The notes beneath the pieces were generated by a model, which was not told the origin of the DNA, ran no database searches, and saw only the letters and a program-made list of their open reading frames with translations. From Clostridia bacterium (lineage in GTDB: Bacteria > Bacillota > Clostridia > Christensenellales > Aristaeellaceae): a DNA stretch of 64,000 bases. Positions 1-10,172 of this stretch are shown here, piece after piece; position 1 is the stretch's first letter; each line of letters starts with the position of its first letter. Location: the NCBI GenBank assembly GCA_017484085.1, contig JAFUTW010000029.1:192-64191 (forward strand), given 5' to 3'. Position numbers and translations under genes: made by a program.

Positions 1-611
1 ATCTCGCCGCCGTACCAGGTGTTGAGGATGACCTGCTCACGGCTGGTGACGTTGAAGGCCACGACGGTCTCGGAGTTGAGGCCCAGCGCCTTGTAGTCCT
101 CGCACTTCGCCTTGGAAGCGGTGTAGACCATGAAGTCCGGCTCGAAGGTCGCCAGCTCTTCCTCGGTGGGCTGGATGAACATGTTGCGCACGAAGTGGGC
201 CTGCCAGGCGACCTCCATGATGAAGCGCACGGCCATGCGGGTGTCCTTGTTGGCGCCGCAGAAGGCATCCACGACGTAGAGCTTCTTGCCGGAGAGCTGA
301 TCCTTGGCCAGCTGCCGGACCTTCTCCCAGACTTCCTGGCTCATGGGATGGTTGTCGTTCTTGTACTCATCGCTCGTCCACCAGACGGTGTCCTTGCTGT
401 TCTCGTCCATGACGATGTACTTGTCTTTGGGGGAACGGCCGGTGTAGATGCCGGTCATGACGTTGACGGCGCCAAGTTCGGTCAGCTGTCCCTTGTCAAA
501 GCCCTCAAGGGCGGGATCCATTTCATCCTTGAAAAGCTGCTCGTAGGAAGGATTGTAGATGATCTCCTTGGTGCCGGAGATGCCGTACTTCGTCAGGTCA
601 ATGTTCGCCAT
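1..611 (-). CDS. pckA: Phosphoenolpyruvate carboxykinase (ATP), N-terminal ~203 codons; the gene runs off the left edge
   Basis: Absent from the ORF track because it is open at the window edge. Hand translation of the minus strand from the ATG at 611..609 gives [31 protein letters not shown]...[19 protein letters not shown]...VDAFCGAN, a typical ATP-PEPCK N-terminus. AAGGAG lies ~10 nt upstream. The 195..1007 + ORF is its antisense shadow. Confidence 0.85.
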   Translation of the reverse strand, partial: MANIDLTKYGISGTKEIIYNPSYEQLFKDEMDPALEGFDKGQLTELGAVNVMTGIYTGRSPKDKYIVMDENSKDTVWWTSDEYKNDNHPMSQEVWEKVRQLAKDQLSGKKLYVVDAFCGANKDTRMAVRFIMEVAWQAHFVRNMFIQPTEEELATFEPDFMVYTASKAKCEDYKALGLNSETVVAFNVTSREQVILNTWYGGE

Positions 612-683
612 CTGAAATCAGCTCCTTTTCTTTATTCCGCGCTAGCGGTTCGGGTTATCAAAACTCCGTCAACATATACTATA

Positions 684-715
684 GAACAAAAAACAGGCCG
701 CGTCAATCGGCCTGT
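684..715 (-). terminator. Rho-independent terminator after the FtsB/DivIC-like gene
   Basis: On the minus strand the stem ACAGGCCG/CGGCCTGT is followed by TTTTTGTT. A TTGACG-17nt-TATAGT promoter candidate for pckA overlaps it. Confidence 0.5.
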
Positions 716-780
716 TCGTCGAAAACTTCACAGAGTTTCTGTTGATTTGGCAAAGAGGGAAGACAAAAGTGCGAAAGCTG

Positions 781-1110
781 TCACTGTGCGCTGCGGAAGA
801 CAGGCTGATAAACGGTCTCCCCGTTATAGGTATATCCGTAGGCGTCCCTGGCCTCCTGCGTCTGCCACTCGTCGCTTTCATACAGCGCAAGGGTGCGACG
901 CAGGCTCTCGTTGCGGTGCAGGGCTTCGAGATAACGCGCCTCGGCCTCGATGCGCTCCTGTTCGTAGGTGGGCGTCTGGTCGATGCCGACCAGCATCGCC
1001 GCAATGATGAGCAGCAGCACGCAGCTGAGGAGGCGGTAAGGACGCAGGCAGACAGCCCTGTGGCGCGGGCGGCAGTAAACGCGGCTGCGGTTATCGATAG
1101 CGTAGATCAT
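781..1110 (-). CDS. Septum formation initiator family protein (FtsB/DivIC-like)
   Basis: 109 aa with a short basic N-terminus, one TM helix (LLSCVLLLIIAAMLVGI), a coiled-coil stretch, and a C-terminal EARDAYGYTYNGETVY resembling the family ARxxLGxxxPGExVY signature. GGAGGG RBS. Confidence 0.55.
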   Translation of the reverse strand: MIYAIDNRSRVYCRPRHRAVCLRPYRLLSCVLLLIIAAMLVGIDQTPTYEQERIEAEARYLEALHRNESLRRTLALYESDEWQTQEARDAYGYTYNGETVYQPVFRSAQ

Positions 1111-1125
1111 AAGACCCTCCGTTGA

Positions 1126-1962
1126 TTACAGGCTGCGAAGACGGGGACGGCTTACGGCCGCCGCATCATCCAGCAGTGCGGTCTGGTGTTCCGTGGGCGC
1201 GGCGCTTTCATCGACAGCCCCCAGCACATGGCCGAGGCAGACGACGCCGCCCAGTTCCCCGGGCGTACGGACGGCAAAGGCCGGATTGTGGCTGTGCAGG
1301 CCGTCTCTGCGATATTCCTTGATGATGCCTTCACCGTCTTCCAGACGGAAGATGCCGATCTCCCCGGGGGAGAGCTGCGTACGCCGTTCCACCAGCACGC
1401 GGCAGCCATCCGGGAAGGTGGGCTCCATGCTGCGGCCGGAGACGCGCACGATGAAGTCTGCAGCCTCGGCGGCTCCGCTGCGCGGGAGGTAAGCGAAGCT
1501 TTCCTCCGTGCCGGCATCCAGGGGATGGCCGCTGCCGGCGGCGAAGTAGAGCTCATACTGGGGCAGGCGGAGGTAATCGTCCCTGTGCTCCTCAAGCCAG
1601 GCCTGATCGTATCCGCGGACCATGCTGGTAAGCAGGGCGTCGCAACTCGCCTTATCGTAGACGTTCAGCCTGCGGTAGAGGGCGAGATGTTCCCGCTCCC
1701 GACGGGTCAGCTGCGTGCCGGTGGGCCTGCAGCCCAGCAGCGTATCCGCGCTGATGCCGAGCAGGCGGCAAAGCGGGGCGATGAGGGAGAGATCCGGCCG
1801 GGCGCTGCCGCTTTCCCAGTTGGTCACCGCGTTTTTGGTGACGCTGAGCGCGGCGGCCAGCTGGGCCTGCGTGTAGCCCGCTGCGAGACGGCTGCTGCGG
1901 ATGCGCTCACCGATTTCGCTGCGGCTGCGCTCGCGTTCAGGATCTGTTGGCTTTATCGGCAT
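1126..1962 (-). CDS. XRE-family HTH + S24 (LexA/CI-like) peptidase-domain repressor
   Basis: HTH segment LAAGYTQAQLAAALSVTKNAVTNWESG and a C-terminal S24 core VSGRSMEPTFPDGCRVLV...GEIGIF...IIKEY. Start taken at the internal ATG 1962 (MPIKPTDPE) rather than the ORF-track 2043. Confidence 0.75.
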   Translation of the reverse strand: MPIKPTDPERERSRSEIGERIRSSRLAAGYTQAQLAAALSVTKNAVTNWESGSARPDLSLIAPLCRLLGISADTLLGCRPTGTQLTRREREHLALYRRLNVYDKASCDALLTSMVRGYDQAWLEEHRDDYLRLPQYELYFAAGSGHPLDAGTEESFAYLPRSGAAEAADFIVRVSGRSMEPTFPDGCRVLVERRTQLSPGEIGIFRLEDGEGIIKEYRRDGLHSHNPAFAVRTPGELGGVVCLGHVLGAVDESAAPTEHQTALLDDAAAVSRPRLRSL

Positions 1963-2300
1963 GAAGGACACCCTTTCTGAACCGGATACCTCTAAAAGGT
2001 AAGTAAAACTGTTTTGATGATCGGAGTATAGCACAGAAACCATTACCTTGTAAAGAGCTGAAGCGGATCTTTTTGGCTGTTTGCGGACAGAAGGAAAAGC
2101 AGGACTATCAAGCTCTCATATTTGTAAAAAATACAAAAATATAGCAAAAAGGCTGTTTTTTGCCCAACAGAAAGACAAATCGATGCCCCAAACGGTTGCA
2201 ATAACGGATGGAATTTGCTATCCTTGCACTATTCAATTTGCTTTAGCGGGGCAGGGACATCTGCCGGCGCGAAAAGCGGCAAAGAATCCGGAGGCGGGAG

Positions 2301-2696
2301 ATGTCAGGGCAGCGGTTTAATCCCCGGAGAGGGAATCAGACAGGAAGGCCTCTTTCTCCGTTTCCCTTCGCTGCAGGTCTTGCCATCGGCCTTGCGCTGC
2401 TCCTGCTGAGCGGCGCAAAGGGCGGACTTTCGGATGTGTTCTTCTGCCTGGGCAGCGGGATGCTGCTTGCAGCCCTGCTGCGCACGCTTTCCAATCTCCG
2501 GGCCTTCGCATCGTTTTCCTGGGGCGTGAGGATGGTAAAGCGCCTCTTCCGCGGGGAAGCGAAGAGCGGAAGGGAGGAGACGGAGGACTACGCAAGGTAC
2601 CGGGAATCCCTGGGCGGCCATGCGGATGCGCCGCTGCTGTGGATCGCCGCCGCACTGCTTCTGGCGTTGGCCGCGCTTACGGCGCGGTTTGCATAA
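2301..2696 (+). CDS. Small membrane protein, possibly DUF3899-like
   Basis: 131 aa with three predicted TM segments and a charged loop (RGEAKSGREETEDYARYRE). GGAGG RBS. The family call rests on recollection only. Confidence 0.4.
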   Translation: MSGQRFNPRRGNQTGRPLSPFPFAAGLAIGLALLLLSGAKGGLSDVFFCLGSGMLLAALLRTLSNLRAFASFSWGVRMVKRLFRGEAKSGREETEDYARYRESLGGHADAPLLWIAAALLLALAALTARFA

Positions 2697-2741
2697 ATAA
2701 TATAGGAAAGAACAAGGCAAACAAGAAAAGGAGTGAACTGA

Positions 2742-4475
2742 ATGAAGAAGCTGCTGATCCTGGCTCTGGCGCTGATGCTGGCGCTCTCCCTGACCGTATC
2801 TGCCGCGGCGGAAAAGGTCTTCCACTATTATCTGACGAGCGACACGGAGACGCTGAACGGCCAGAACTCCGTTCAGAGCAACGTCAACACCCCTGCGACT
2901 TACTGCCAATCGACGTTGTACCGCGCGGTGGCTGACGAAGACGGCCTCAATTTCCATTACGAGCCGGAAATCGCCGCCAAACTCCCCGAGCCCGTGGAAG
3001 GCAAGGAGAACACCTGGCGCATCGAGCTCGATCCCAGGGCCTGCTGGGCGAACGGCGATCCCATCAACGCGGATACGATGATCTATTCCTATAAGATGGG
3101 ACTGGATCCCGTGCTGTCCAACCAGATGGCGGACTTCATCTCCGACCAGGACATCACCATCCTGAATGCCAAGGCGTACAGCCTGCAGACGAGCGACGCG
3201 CCCGTATCCTGGGACGACGTCGGCATCAAGAAGGTAGACGACTACACCATCGAGATCACGACGGACGGCGAAGTCAGCCAGACCAACATCTGCTCGCATT
3301 TCACCACGCGCGCCGTCGTACCGGTGTACGAGCCGCTGTATGAGGCCGGCATGGCTTCCGACCGCACCAGCACGACTTACGGCTCCACCATCGACTCCTG
3401 GATGTGCTCCGGCCCCTACAAGCTGGACAGCTGGGTGTTCGGCAGCGTGCAGACCTACGTGCGCAACGAGAACTACTGGCATCCGGAATGGTTCAACTAT
3501 GACAAGGTCGAAGTGCGCATCATCCCCGAGATGAACGCCCGCGTGGAGCTCTGGGAGAAGGGCGAGCTCGATTACCTGGCGCCCGATTCCAACGTTATCG
3601 AGACCTACATCGACGATCCGCGCACCGTTGAATACGAGAGCGCGACGGTGTACCACATCGACCTCAACTGCAAGAACCCCAACAACCCCCTCACGGCGAA
3701 CCACAACTACCGCAAGGCAATGTATCACGCGATGAACCGCCAGGTCATCGCCGAGGACCTCTTCGGCTATCAGACGCCGACCGGCACCTATGTCAACGGC
3801 CAGGCCGGCATGTTCTCCGAGGGCGGCCTCACCTACCGCGAGAGCGAGCAGGGCAAGGCCGTGACGGCGATGGTCGAATCCTGGGGCCCGGCGGGCTACA
3901 GCCCGGAGCTGGCGCGCGAGTATCTGGCCAAGGCGTACGAAGAGTGCGGTCTGGCCGAGGACACCGTGCTGACGCTGTGCTTCGCGTACGACCCCTCTGA
4001 GGCCAACTGGAACGCGACTGCCCAGTACCTGCAGGAGGAGCTGCCGGTGATTTTCGAGGGCAAGGTGAAGATCGAGTTCGACACCTACTCCGGCATCTCC
4101 ACTACGGTGTACAAGCAGCAGCATGACACCTGGGACTTCTCGCCCAACGACTGGACGCGCGGCGCGAGCCGTACCTACCCCTACACCTGCTTCTACTACT
4201 ACCTGAGCAGCTACGGCAGCCATCCGAACAACTTCTTTGACGAGGAGTTCGAGGCGCAGTACGCGGTATGTGACAGCGACGAGGTGAAGGCGGACTACAA
4301 CCGCATGCTGGACGAGACGAAGAAGCTGGAGGAGATCTACCTCGAGAAGGTCATCCACATCCCGGTGGTGCAGGAGACCTATTACGAGATGTTCGCCGAC
4401 CGTCTCACCATCCCGGTGGAGACCTATCTGCCCAGCTTCGGCTGGGGCCTGCCCTTCGGCGACATCGAAGAGTGA
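2742..4475 (+). CDS. Peptide/nickel ABC transporter substrate-binding protein (family 5, OppA/DppA-like)
   Basis: 577 aa with signal peptide MKKLLILALALMLALSLTVSAAAE and family-5 SBP character throughout. It is the first gene of a five-gene ABC operon. Confidence 0.85.
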   Translation: MKKLLILALALMLALSLTVSAAAEKVFHYYLTSDTETLNGQNSVQSNVNTPATYCQSTLYRAVADEDGLNFHYEPEIAAKLPEPVEGKENTWRIELDPRACWANGDPINADTMIYSYKMGLDPVLSNQMADFISDQDITILNAKAYSLQTSDAPVSWDDVGIKKVDDYTIEITTDGEVSQTNICSHFTTRAVVPVYEPLYEAGMASDRTSTTYGSTIDSWMCSGPYKLDSWVFGSVQTYVRNENYWHPEWFNYDKVEVRIIPEMNARVELWEKGELDYLAPDSNVIETYIDDPRTVEYESATVYHIDLNCKNPNNPLTANHNYRKAMYHAMNRQVIAEDLFGYQTPTGTYVNGQAGMFSEGGLTYRESEQGKAVTAMVESWGPAGYSPELAREYLAKAYEECGLAEDTVLTLCFAYDPSEANWNATAQYLQEELPVIFEGKVKIEFDTYSGISTTVYKQQHDTWDFSPNDWTRGASRTYPYTCFYYYLSSYGSHPNNFFDEEFEAQYAVCDSDEVKADYNRMLDETKKLEEIYLEKVIHIPVVQETYYEMFADRLTIPVETYLPSFGWGLPFGDIEE

Positions 4476-4606
4476 TCCGTCCATTATAACGGATAAGCCC
4501 GAGGTAAAAAGGGAAAACGGCCCTTCCGGTCGAATTTCTTTCACGGGTATACGCCGCCAAAGCGGCGTATGCCTGTGTTTGCATTTTACAGTGATCAGGA
4601 GTTGTC

Positions 4607-5557
4607 ATGTTCAAGTATGTGTTGGGGCGCCTGGGCGCCATGCTGCTTACGCTTTTCCTGGTGATGACGCTGTCCTTCTGGGTCATCCGGCTCATGCCCA
4701 TGACCATCTTTGAAAACCCGGAGGTTTCTCCGGAGGTTCAGCGCCGCCTGGAGGACCGGATGCATCTGCATGAACCGATGATCGTGCAGTACTACTATTT
4801 CATCGAAGGCATCGTCACGAAGGGCGATTTCGGCACGTCCGTCAAGATCCGCCCGGGCCTTGCCGTCTTTGATATCATCCGTGAGCGCATCCCGCCGACC
4901 ATGCTACTGAACTTCTTCTCCCTGTTCATCTCCATACCGATCGGGATCCTGGCGGGGACGATCGCGGCGCTGAAGAGAAACACGTGGATGGACAACATCA
5001 TCTCCTTCCTGATCGTCATCTTCATATCGGTGCCTTCCTTCGTCTTCGCCTCGCTGATGCAGTATGTGTTCGCGTACGCGATCCCGCTGTTCCCGACACT
5101 GTACAACGCGCAGGCGCCCACGGTGTGGGAGGCCTTCCACTCCATGGTGCTGCCGATCGTCGCGCTGTCGCTCAACCCGATCGCGACCATCGCGCGCTAT
5201 CTGCGCGGCGAGCTCATCGAGACGCTCTCCTCCGAGTACATGCTGCTGGCCAGGACAAAGGGCTTGACGCAGAAGGAGGCGACGTGGAACCACGCCTTCC
5301 GCAATTCGCTGGTGCCCATCGCCAACACCATCATCCCGCTGATCACGGGCATCATGGGCGGCTCGCTGGTCATTGAAAAGATCTTTGCCGTGCCCGGCGA
5401 GGGCGGCCTGCTCGTCGATTCCATCCTGGCCGGCGACCATTTCCTCACCGTGGCGCTGCTGATCTTCTACTCGTTCATCAGCCTGATCACGATTTTCGTG
5501 GTGGACGTGTCCTACGGGATCATCGATCCCCGGATCAGAATCGGAGGCGGAAAGTGA
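4607..5557 (+). CDS. Peptide ABC transporter permease (OppB/DppB-like)
   Basis: 316 aa, multi-TM, with the EAA-like loop SEYMLLARTKGLTQKEATWNHAFRNSLVP. Confidence 0.85.
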   Translation: MFKYVLGRLGAMLLTLFLVMTLSFWVIRLMPMTIFENPEVSPEVQRRLEDRMHLHEPMIVQYYYFIEGIVTKGDFGTSVKIRPGLAVFDIIRERIPPTMLLNFFSLFISIPIGILAGTIAALKRNTWMDNIISFLIVIFISVPSFVFASLMQYVFAYAIPLFPTLYNAQAPTVWEAFHSMVLPIVALSLNPIATIARYLRGELIETLSSEYMLLARTKGLTQKEATWNHAFRNSLVPIANTIIPLITGIMGGSLVIEKIFAVPGEGGLLVDSILAGDHFLTVALLIFYSFISLITIFVVDVSYGIIDPRIRIGGGK

Positions 5558-6705
5558 TCGTCGAAAGAGACCGTCTCCCGGAGGAGCTGCTCTCGATCCC
5601 CTCTTCGGAATTTGAGCCGGCAGGCAGGGACTGGAAGAGCGACGAGCGCTTCACGACCGAGCCGATCGGCTTTTATCAGGATGCCCTCCGCCGCCTTCTG
5701 TCCAACAAAGTCTCCGTCGTGAGCCTTGCGGCGATCCTCGTCATCATCCTGCTCTCGCTCATCGTGCCGAACGTGACGGGGTACGGCTACACGGAGCAGA
5801 ACGTGAAACAGAAAAACCTGCCCTCCAAGGTGCCGGTGCTGGAGCAGCTGGGCATAATGGACGGTACGCGGGTGCTGACCAACATCAAAAAGAAGTCCAT
5901 TACCGATCCCAAGCGCTATCCCGAGGGCTGCGTGCTGGAGGTCATCCGCGAGTACAGGGCGGGCAAGCAGGACGTAGTGGACGTTAAGGTCGACTATTAC
6001 AAGTACTGCAATGTCCCCGAGGGGGAGTACCACTGGATGGGCACGGATTACCTGGGAAGGGATATCATGACGCGCCTGTTCCGCGGCACGCGCATCTCGC
6101 TCATGATCGCGTTCCTCTCGGTGGTCACCAACCTCATCATCGGCATCATCTACGGCTCCGTCGCGGGCTATTACGGCGGGAAGGTGGACCTGTTCCTCAC
6201 CCATCTGGCGGAGGTGCTGGACGGCCTGCCGTATATCGTCGTGACCATCCTGTTCATGCTGTGGCTGGGCAGCGGCATGCTCTCCATCATCCTGGCGCTG
6301 ACCGTCACAGGGTGGATCGGCACGGCGCGGCTGACCCGCGCGCAGTTCTATCGCTACAAGGGGCGTGAGTACGTCCTGGCCGCGCGTACGCTGGGCGTGC
6401 CGGACAAAAAGCTGATCTTCCGGCACATCCTGCCCAACACGGTGGGGCCGCTCATCACGCGCGCGATGATTGCCGTGCCGGGCGCCATCTTCTCGGAAAG
6501 CTTTCTCGCGTACATCGGCCTGGGCATCAAGCCGCCGGCCCCCTCGATCGGCATCCTGCTCTCCGAGGGACAGAAGGTGCTGCTGCAGTACCCGAACCAG
6601 ACCTTCTTCCCGGCGGTGCTCATCTCTGTGCTGATGATCGCTTTCAACATGCTGTCCAACGGCCTTCGGGACGCCATGGATCCGAGCCGCAGAGGGGAGG
6701 AGTGA
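5554..6705 (+). CDS. Peptide ABC transporter permease (OppC/DppC-like)
   Basis: 383 aa. GTGA start/stop overlap with the upstream permease. Motif YVLAARTLGVPDKKLIFRHILPN. Confidence 0.85.
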   Translation: MIVERDRLPEELLSIPSSEFEPAGRDWKSDERFTTEPIGFYQDALRRLLSNKVSVVSLAAILVIILLSLIVPNVTGYGYTEQNVKQKNLPSKVPVLEQLGIMDGTRVLTNIKKKSITDPKRYPEGCVLEVIREYRAGKQDVVDVKVDYYKYCNVPEGEYHWMGTDYLGRDIMTRLFRGTRISLMIAFLSVVTNLIIGIIYGSVAGYYGGKVDLFLTHLAEVLDGLPYIVVTILFMLWLGSGMLSIILALTVTGWIGTARLTRAQFYRYKGREYVLAARTLGVPDKKLIFRHILPNTVGPLITRAMIAVPGAIFSESFLAYIGLGIKPPAPSIGILLSEGQKVLLQYPNQTFFPAVLISVLMIAFNMLSNGLRDAMDPSRRGEE

Positions 6706-7748
6706 GCGTGGATAACGATGTGATCCTGAGCGTTAAGGATCTGCGCGTCTCCTTCCGGGCGTACGGCGGCATGGTACAGGCTGTCCGCGGCGTCAGCTTT
6801 GATCTGCGCCGCGGCGAAACGCTGGCCATCGTGGGCGAGTCCGGTTCAGGAAAATCGGTGAGCACCAAGGCCGTTATGGGCATCCTGCCGCCCAACGCCG
6901 TGATCGACGAGGGCAGCATCCTCTATGGCGGCGAAGACCTGACGAAGGTCGATGAGGCCCGGATGCACGAGATCCGCGGCCACCGCATCGGCCTGGTGTT
7001 CCAGGACCCGCTCTCCGCGCTCAACCCCATCATGAAGGTGGGCAAGCAGATCATGGAGGTACTGGTCCGCCGGGGTCTCGGCAAAAAAGAAGCGTATGAC
7101 AGGGCGCTGCAGCTCATGCGGGATGTGGGCATCCCGGAGGCGGAGCGGCGCATCGAGCAGTATCCCTTCCAATTCTCCGGCGGCATGCGCCAGCGCATCG
7201 TCATCGCCATCGCACTGGCGGGCGATCCGGAGATCCTCATCTGCGACGAGCCGACCACCGCGCTGGACGTCACCGTGCAGGCGAAGATCCTGGAGCTCAT
7301 CAACACCATCAAGGAAGAGCGCAACCTCTCCGTCATCTTCATCACGCACGATCTGGGCGTGGTGGCGCAGATGGCGGACCGCATCGCCGTCATGTATGCG
7401 GGCAAGATCGTGGAGACGGGCACGGCGGAGGAGATCTTCTTCGAGCCGGCGCATCCCTATACCTGGGCGCTGCTCTCCTCCATGCCCGATTTGGAGACAA
7501 AGGAGCGCCTGACGGCGATCCCGGGCGCGCCGCCCAACATGATCGCCCCGCCCAAAGGGGATGCCTTTGCCGCCCGCAACCGCTACGCGCTTGCGATCGA
7601 CTTCAAGCAGGAACCGCCGACCTTCCGCCTCAGCGATACCCATCTGGCAGCCACCTGGCTGCTGCATCCCTCCGCGCCCTGTGTGGAAATGCCTGCGGAG
7701 CTGAAAGAGCGCATCCGGCGCATGAAGGAGGCGGGGAACCGTGCCTGA
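6702..7748 (+). CDS. Peptide ABC transporter ATP-binding protein (OppD-like)
   Basis: Walker A GESGSGKS, signature FSGGMRQR, Walker [13 protein letters not shown], and an oligopeptide-type C-terminal extension. Confidence 0.9.
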   Translation: MSVDNDVILSVKDLRVSFRAYGGMVQAVRGVSFDLRRGETLAIVGESGSGKSVSTKAVMGILPPNAVIDEGSILYGGEDLTKVDEARMHEIRGHRIGLVFQDPLSALNPIMKVGKQIMEVLVRRGLGKKEAYDRALQLMRDVGIPEAERRIEQYPFQFSGGMRQRIVIAIALAGDPEILICDEPTTALDVTVQAKILELINTIKEERNLSVIFITHDLGVVAQMADRIAVMYAGKIVETGTAEEIFFEPAHPYTWALLSSMPDLETKERLTAIPGAPPNMIAPPKGDAFAARNRYALAIDFKQEPPTFRLSDTHLAATWLLHPSAPCVEMPAELKERIRRMKEAGNRA

Positions 7749-8682
7749 ACAGGAAAACATACTGGAGGTTTCACACCTCTCGCAGACCTTCGTCAGCGGA
7801 CACCGCGGCAACCGCATCGTGGTCAAGGCCGTGGACGACGTCAGCTTTTCCGTCCGCAAGGCGGAGACCTTCGGCCTGGTGGGGGAAAGCGGCTGCGGCA
7901 AGACGACGACAGGCCGCACCATCATCCGCCTGTACGATCCCACCTCGGGAACGGTGCGCTTCGGCGGCAGGGTGATCTCCGGCAAGATGACGCGGGAGCT
8001 TTCCCGGTATCTGGCGGAGAACATCGCCATGATCTTCCAGGACCCCATCGAATCGCTGAATCCGCGCATGACCATCGAGGAGATCATCGGCGAAGGGCTG
8101 CTGCTGCGCGGCGTCAGCCGCGCGCGTGTGCACGACGCCGTCGTGGAGATGCTGCACAAGGTGGGCCTCACCGAAGAGCATGCGACGCGCTACCCGCACG
8201 AGTTTTCCGGCGGCCAGCGCCAGCGCATCGGCATCGCGCGGGCGATGATCGTGAGGCCGAAGATGATCATCGCGGACGAGCCGGTCTCCGCGCTGGATGT
8301 CTCCATCCAGGCGCAGGTCATCAACCTGCTCAACGACCTCAAGGAGGAGATGGGCCTCACCATCCTCTTCATCGCGCACAACCTCAGCGTCGTCAAGTAC
8401 TTCTCGGACCGCATCGGCGTCATGTACTATGGGAAGCTGGTAGAGGTGGCCAAATCCGACGACCTCTACGCCAAGCCGCTGCACCCGTACACGCGGGCAC
8501 TGCTCTCCGCGATCCCGCAGCCGAACCCGCTGACGGAGCGGAAGCGGCAGCGCATCGATTACGTTCCGGAGCGCGACCACGACTATTCCGCAGAAAAGCC
8601 GGAGATGCGCGAGATCGAACCGGAGCACTTCGTCTACTGCAGCGAAAGCGAGTGGCAGGCGTACCGGAGACAGGTGGGGTAA
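7741..8682 (+). CDS. Peptide ABC transporter ATP-binding protein (OppF-like)
   Basis: Walker [10 protein letters not shown], signature FSGGQRQR, Walker [13 protein letters not shown]. Overlaps the upstream gene by 8 nt. Confidence 0.9.
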   Translation: MPEQENILEVSHLSQTFVSGHRGNRIVVKAVDDVSFSVRKAETFGLVGESGCGKTTTGRTIIRLYDPTSGTVRFGGRVISGKMTRELSRYLAENIAMIFQDPIESLNPRMTIEEIIGEGLLLRGVSRARVHDAVVEMLHKVGLTEEHATRYPHEFSGGQRQRIGIARAMIVRPKMIIADEPVSALDVSIQAQVINLLNDLKEEMGLTILFIAHNLSVVKYFSDRIGVMYYGKLVEVAKSDDLYAKPLHPYTRALLSAIPQPNPLTERKRQRIDYVPERDHDYSAEKPEMREIEPEHFVYCSESEWQAYRRQVG

Positions 8683-8688
8683 AGCACA

Positions 8689-8717
8689 ACGGCGCGCAAA
8701 AGCGCGCTGTTTTTTTG
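8689..8717 (+). terminator. Rho-independent terminator of the first peptide ABC operon
   Basis: GCGCGC-AAAA-GCGCGC stem-loop followed by TGTTTTTTTG. Confidence 0.6.
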
Positions 8718-8785
8718 TGAGGTTCCCTGGTTTCCACATTGATTATGGCATGTTATACTGGCTCCGTTACGGAGGACAAAGAGAG

Positions 8786-10144
8786 ATGCAGGCTAATAAA
8801 AGCACCGTCCGGGATATGACGACCGGCTCCATCGCCGGCCAGATCCTGGCGTTTTCCCTGCCGCTGATGTTGGGCAATATCTTCCAGATGCTCTACAACA
8901 CGGTGGATGTCATCGTCGTCGGCAACTTTGTGGGGAAGGAAGCACTGGCCGCGGTCGGCTCCACCACCATGATCGTCAACATGGCGGTGTTCTTCTTCAA
9001 CGGCTTTTCCGTCGGCGCGGGCGTGGTCATCGCCAGGAGCTTCGGCGCGAGGGATCTCAGGCGGCTGCATGTGGCCGTGGAGACCACCATGGCGATGACG
9101 CTGCTGTTCTGCGTCCTGTTCTCGGCTGCAGGCGCCTTTGTCACAAAGCCGATGCTGCGCCTCATGTCCACACCGGATGACGTCTTTGACAACGCGGCGA
9201 CGTACCTGACCATCTATTTTGCGGGCATCGGCGGGCTGCTCATCTACAACATGGGCAGCGCGATCCTGCGCGCCGTCGGCGATACCAGGCGGCCGCTCTA
9301 TTTCCTCATCTTCACCAGCGTGCTCAACATCATCCTGGATCTGTTCTTCGTCGTGGGGCTGCACGCGGGGATCGAAGGCGTGGCGTACGCTACGATCCTC
9401 TCCCAGGCGGTATCGGCGCTGCTCATCCTCGCACTGCTCACGCGCACGCGCGAAATCTACCGGCTCGTCTGGCGGGATCTGGCGATCGACATGGAGACGC
9501 TGCGCTACACATTTGCAGTGGGGCTTCCGGCCGGCATCCAGTCGGTCATCACGGCGTTTTCCAACGTGTTCGTCCAGGGCTACATCAATTCCTTCGGTTC
9601 CAGCTGCATGGCAGGGTGGAGCTGTTACAACAAGCTGGATCAGTTCATCATGCTGCCCATGCAGTCGATGGCGATGGCCGCGACCACCTTTGTCAGCCAG
9701 AACATCGGCGCCGGCAAGGCGGAGCGCGCGCACCGCGGCACCTGGACGACGATCCGGATGGCGTTCGGCGTCACCGGCGGTATCGCCCTCGCGCTCTTCC
9801 TCTTCGCGGAACCCGCTGTCGGCCTGTTTACGAACGATGCGTCGGTCATCGAGTACGGCGCGATGTTCATGCACACCAACACGTTCTTCCTGCTGTTCAA
9901 CTGCGTCAACCACGTCCTGGCCGGTGCACTGCGCGGCATGGGGGATGCCCGGGGGCCGATGGCGATCATGCTGAGCACCTTCGTGGTGCTGCGGCAGATC
10001 TATCTGTTCGTCCTAACGCACTTCATCGCCAATACGCCGAGGCTCGTGGGCTTCGGCTACCCGGTCGGGTGGATGGCTTGCTTTGTCCTGGAGATCCTCT
10101 ACTACATACACAAGACGGGTAAAACAAAAAAGCTGCCGCACTGA
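8786..10144 (+). CDS. MATE family efflux transporter
   Basis: ~452 aa, 12-TM. N-terminal GSIAGQILAFSLPLMLGNIFQMLYNTVDVIVVG is typical MATE. Start taken at the ATG 8786, which has a GGAGG RBS. Confidence 0.85.
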   Translation: MQANKSTVRDMTTGSIAGQILAFSLPLMLGNIFQMLYNTVDVIVVGNFVGKEALAAVGSTTMIVNMAVFFFNGFSVGAGVVIARSFGARDLRRLHVAVETTMAMTLLFCVLFSAAGAFVTKPMLRLMSTPDDVFDNAATYLTIYFAGIGGLLIYNMGSAILRAVGDTRRPLYFLIFTSVLNIILDLFFVVGLHAGIEGVAYATILSQAVSALLILALLTRTREIYRLVWRDLAIDMETLRYTFAVGLPAGIQSVITAFSNVFVQGYINSFGSSCMAGWSCYNKLDQFIMLPMQSMAMAATTFVSQNIGAGKAERAHRGTWTTIRMAFGVTGGIALALFLFAEPAVGLFTNDASVIEYGAMFMHTNTFFLLFNCVNHVLAGALRGMGDARGPMAIMLSTFVVLRQIYLFVLTHFIANTPRLVGFGYPVGWMACFVLEILYYIHKTGKTKKLPH

Positions 10145-10172
10145 CAGCTCTATTTTGTTGGGAGAAAAACGC

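Noticed and set aside
195-1007. 270-aa plus-strand ORF at the left edge.
   Set aside because: It is antisense to the pckA N-terminus and runs through the pckA promoter and an intergenic terminator. No motif is present.
1126-1962. Prophage CI-like repressor marking a prophage.
   Set aside because: No phage structural, integrase or lysis genes are adjacent. The neighbours are a cell-division protein gene and pckA. Standalone XRE-S24 regulators are common chromosomal genes.
2304-4544. Very long ORFs (600-780 aa) antisense to well-supported genes. Also 11222..13564, 27814..29808, 30848..33193, 33857..35803, 36999..39287 and 49525..51408.
   Set aside because: They mirror genes with clear family motifs on the other strand. 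They are rich in R/G/A/H/D/V low-complexity runs typical of antisense frames in high-GC DNA, and they lack RBSs. They are shadow ORFs, not overlapping genes.
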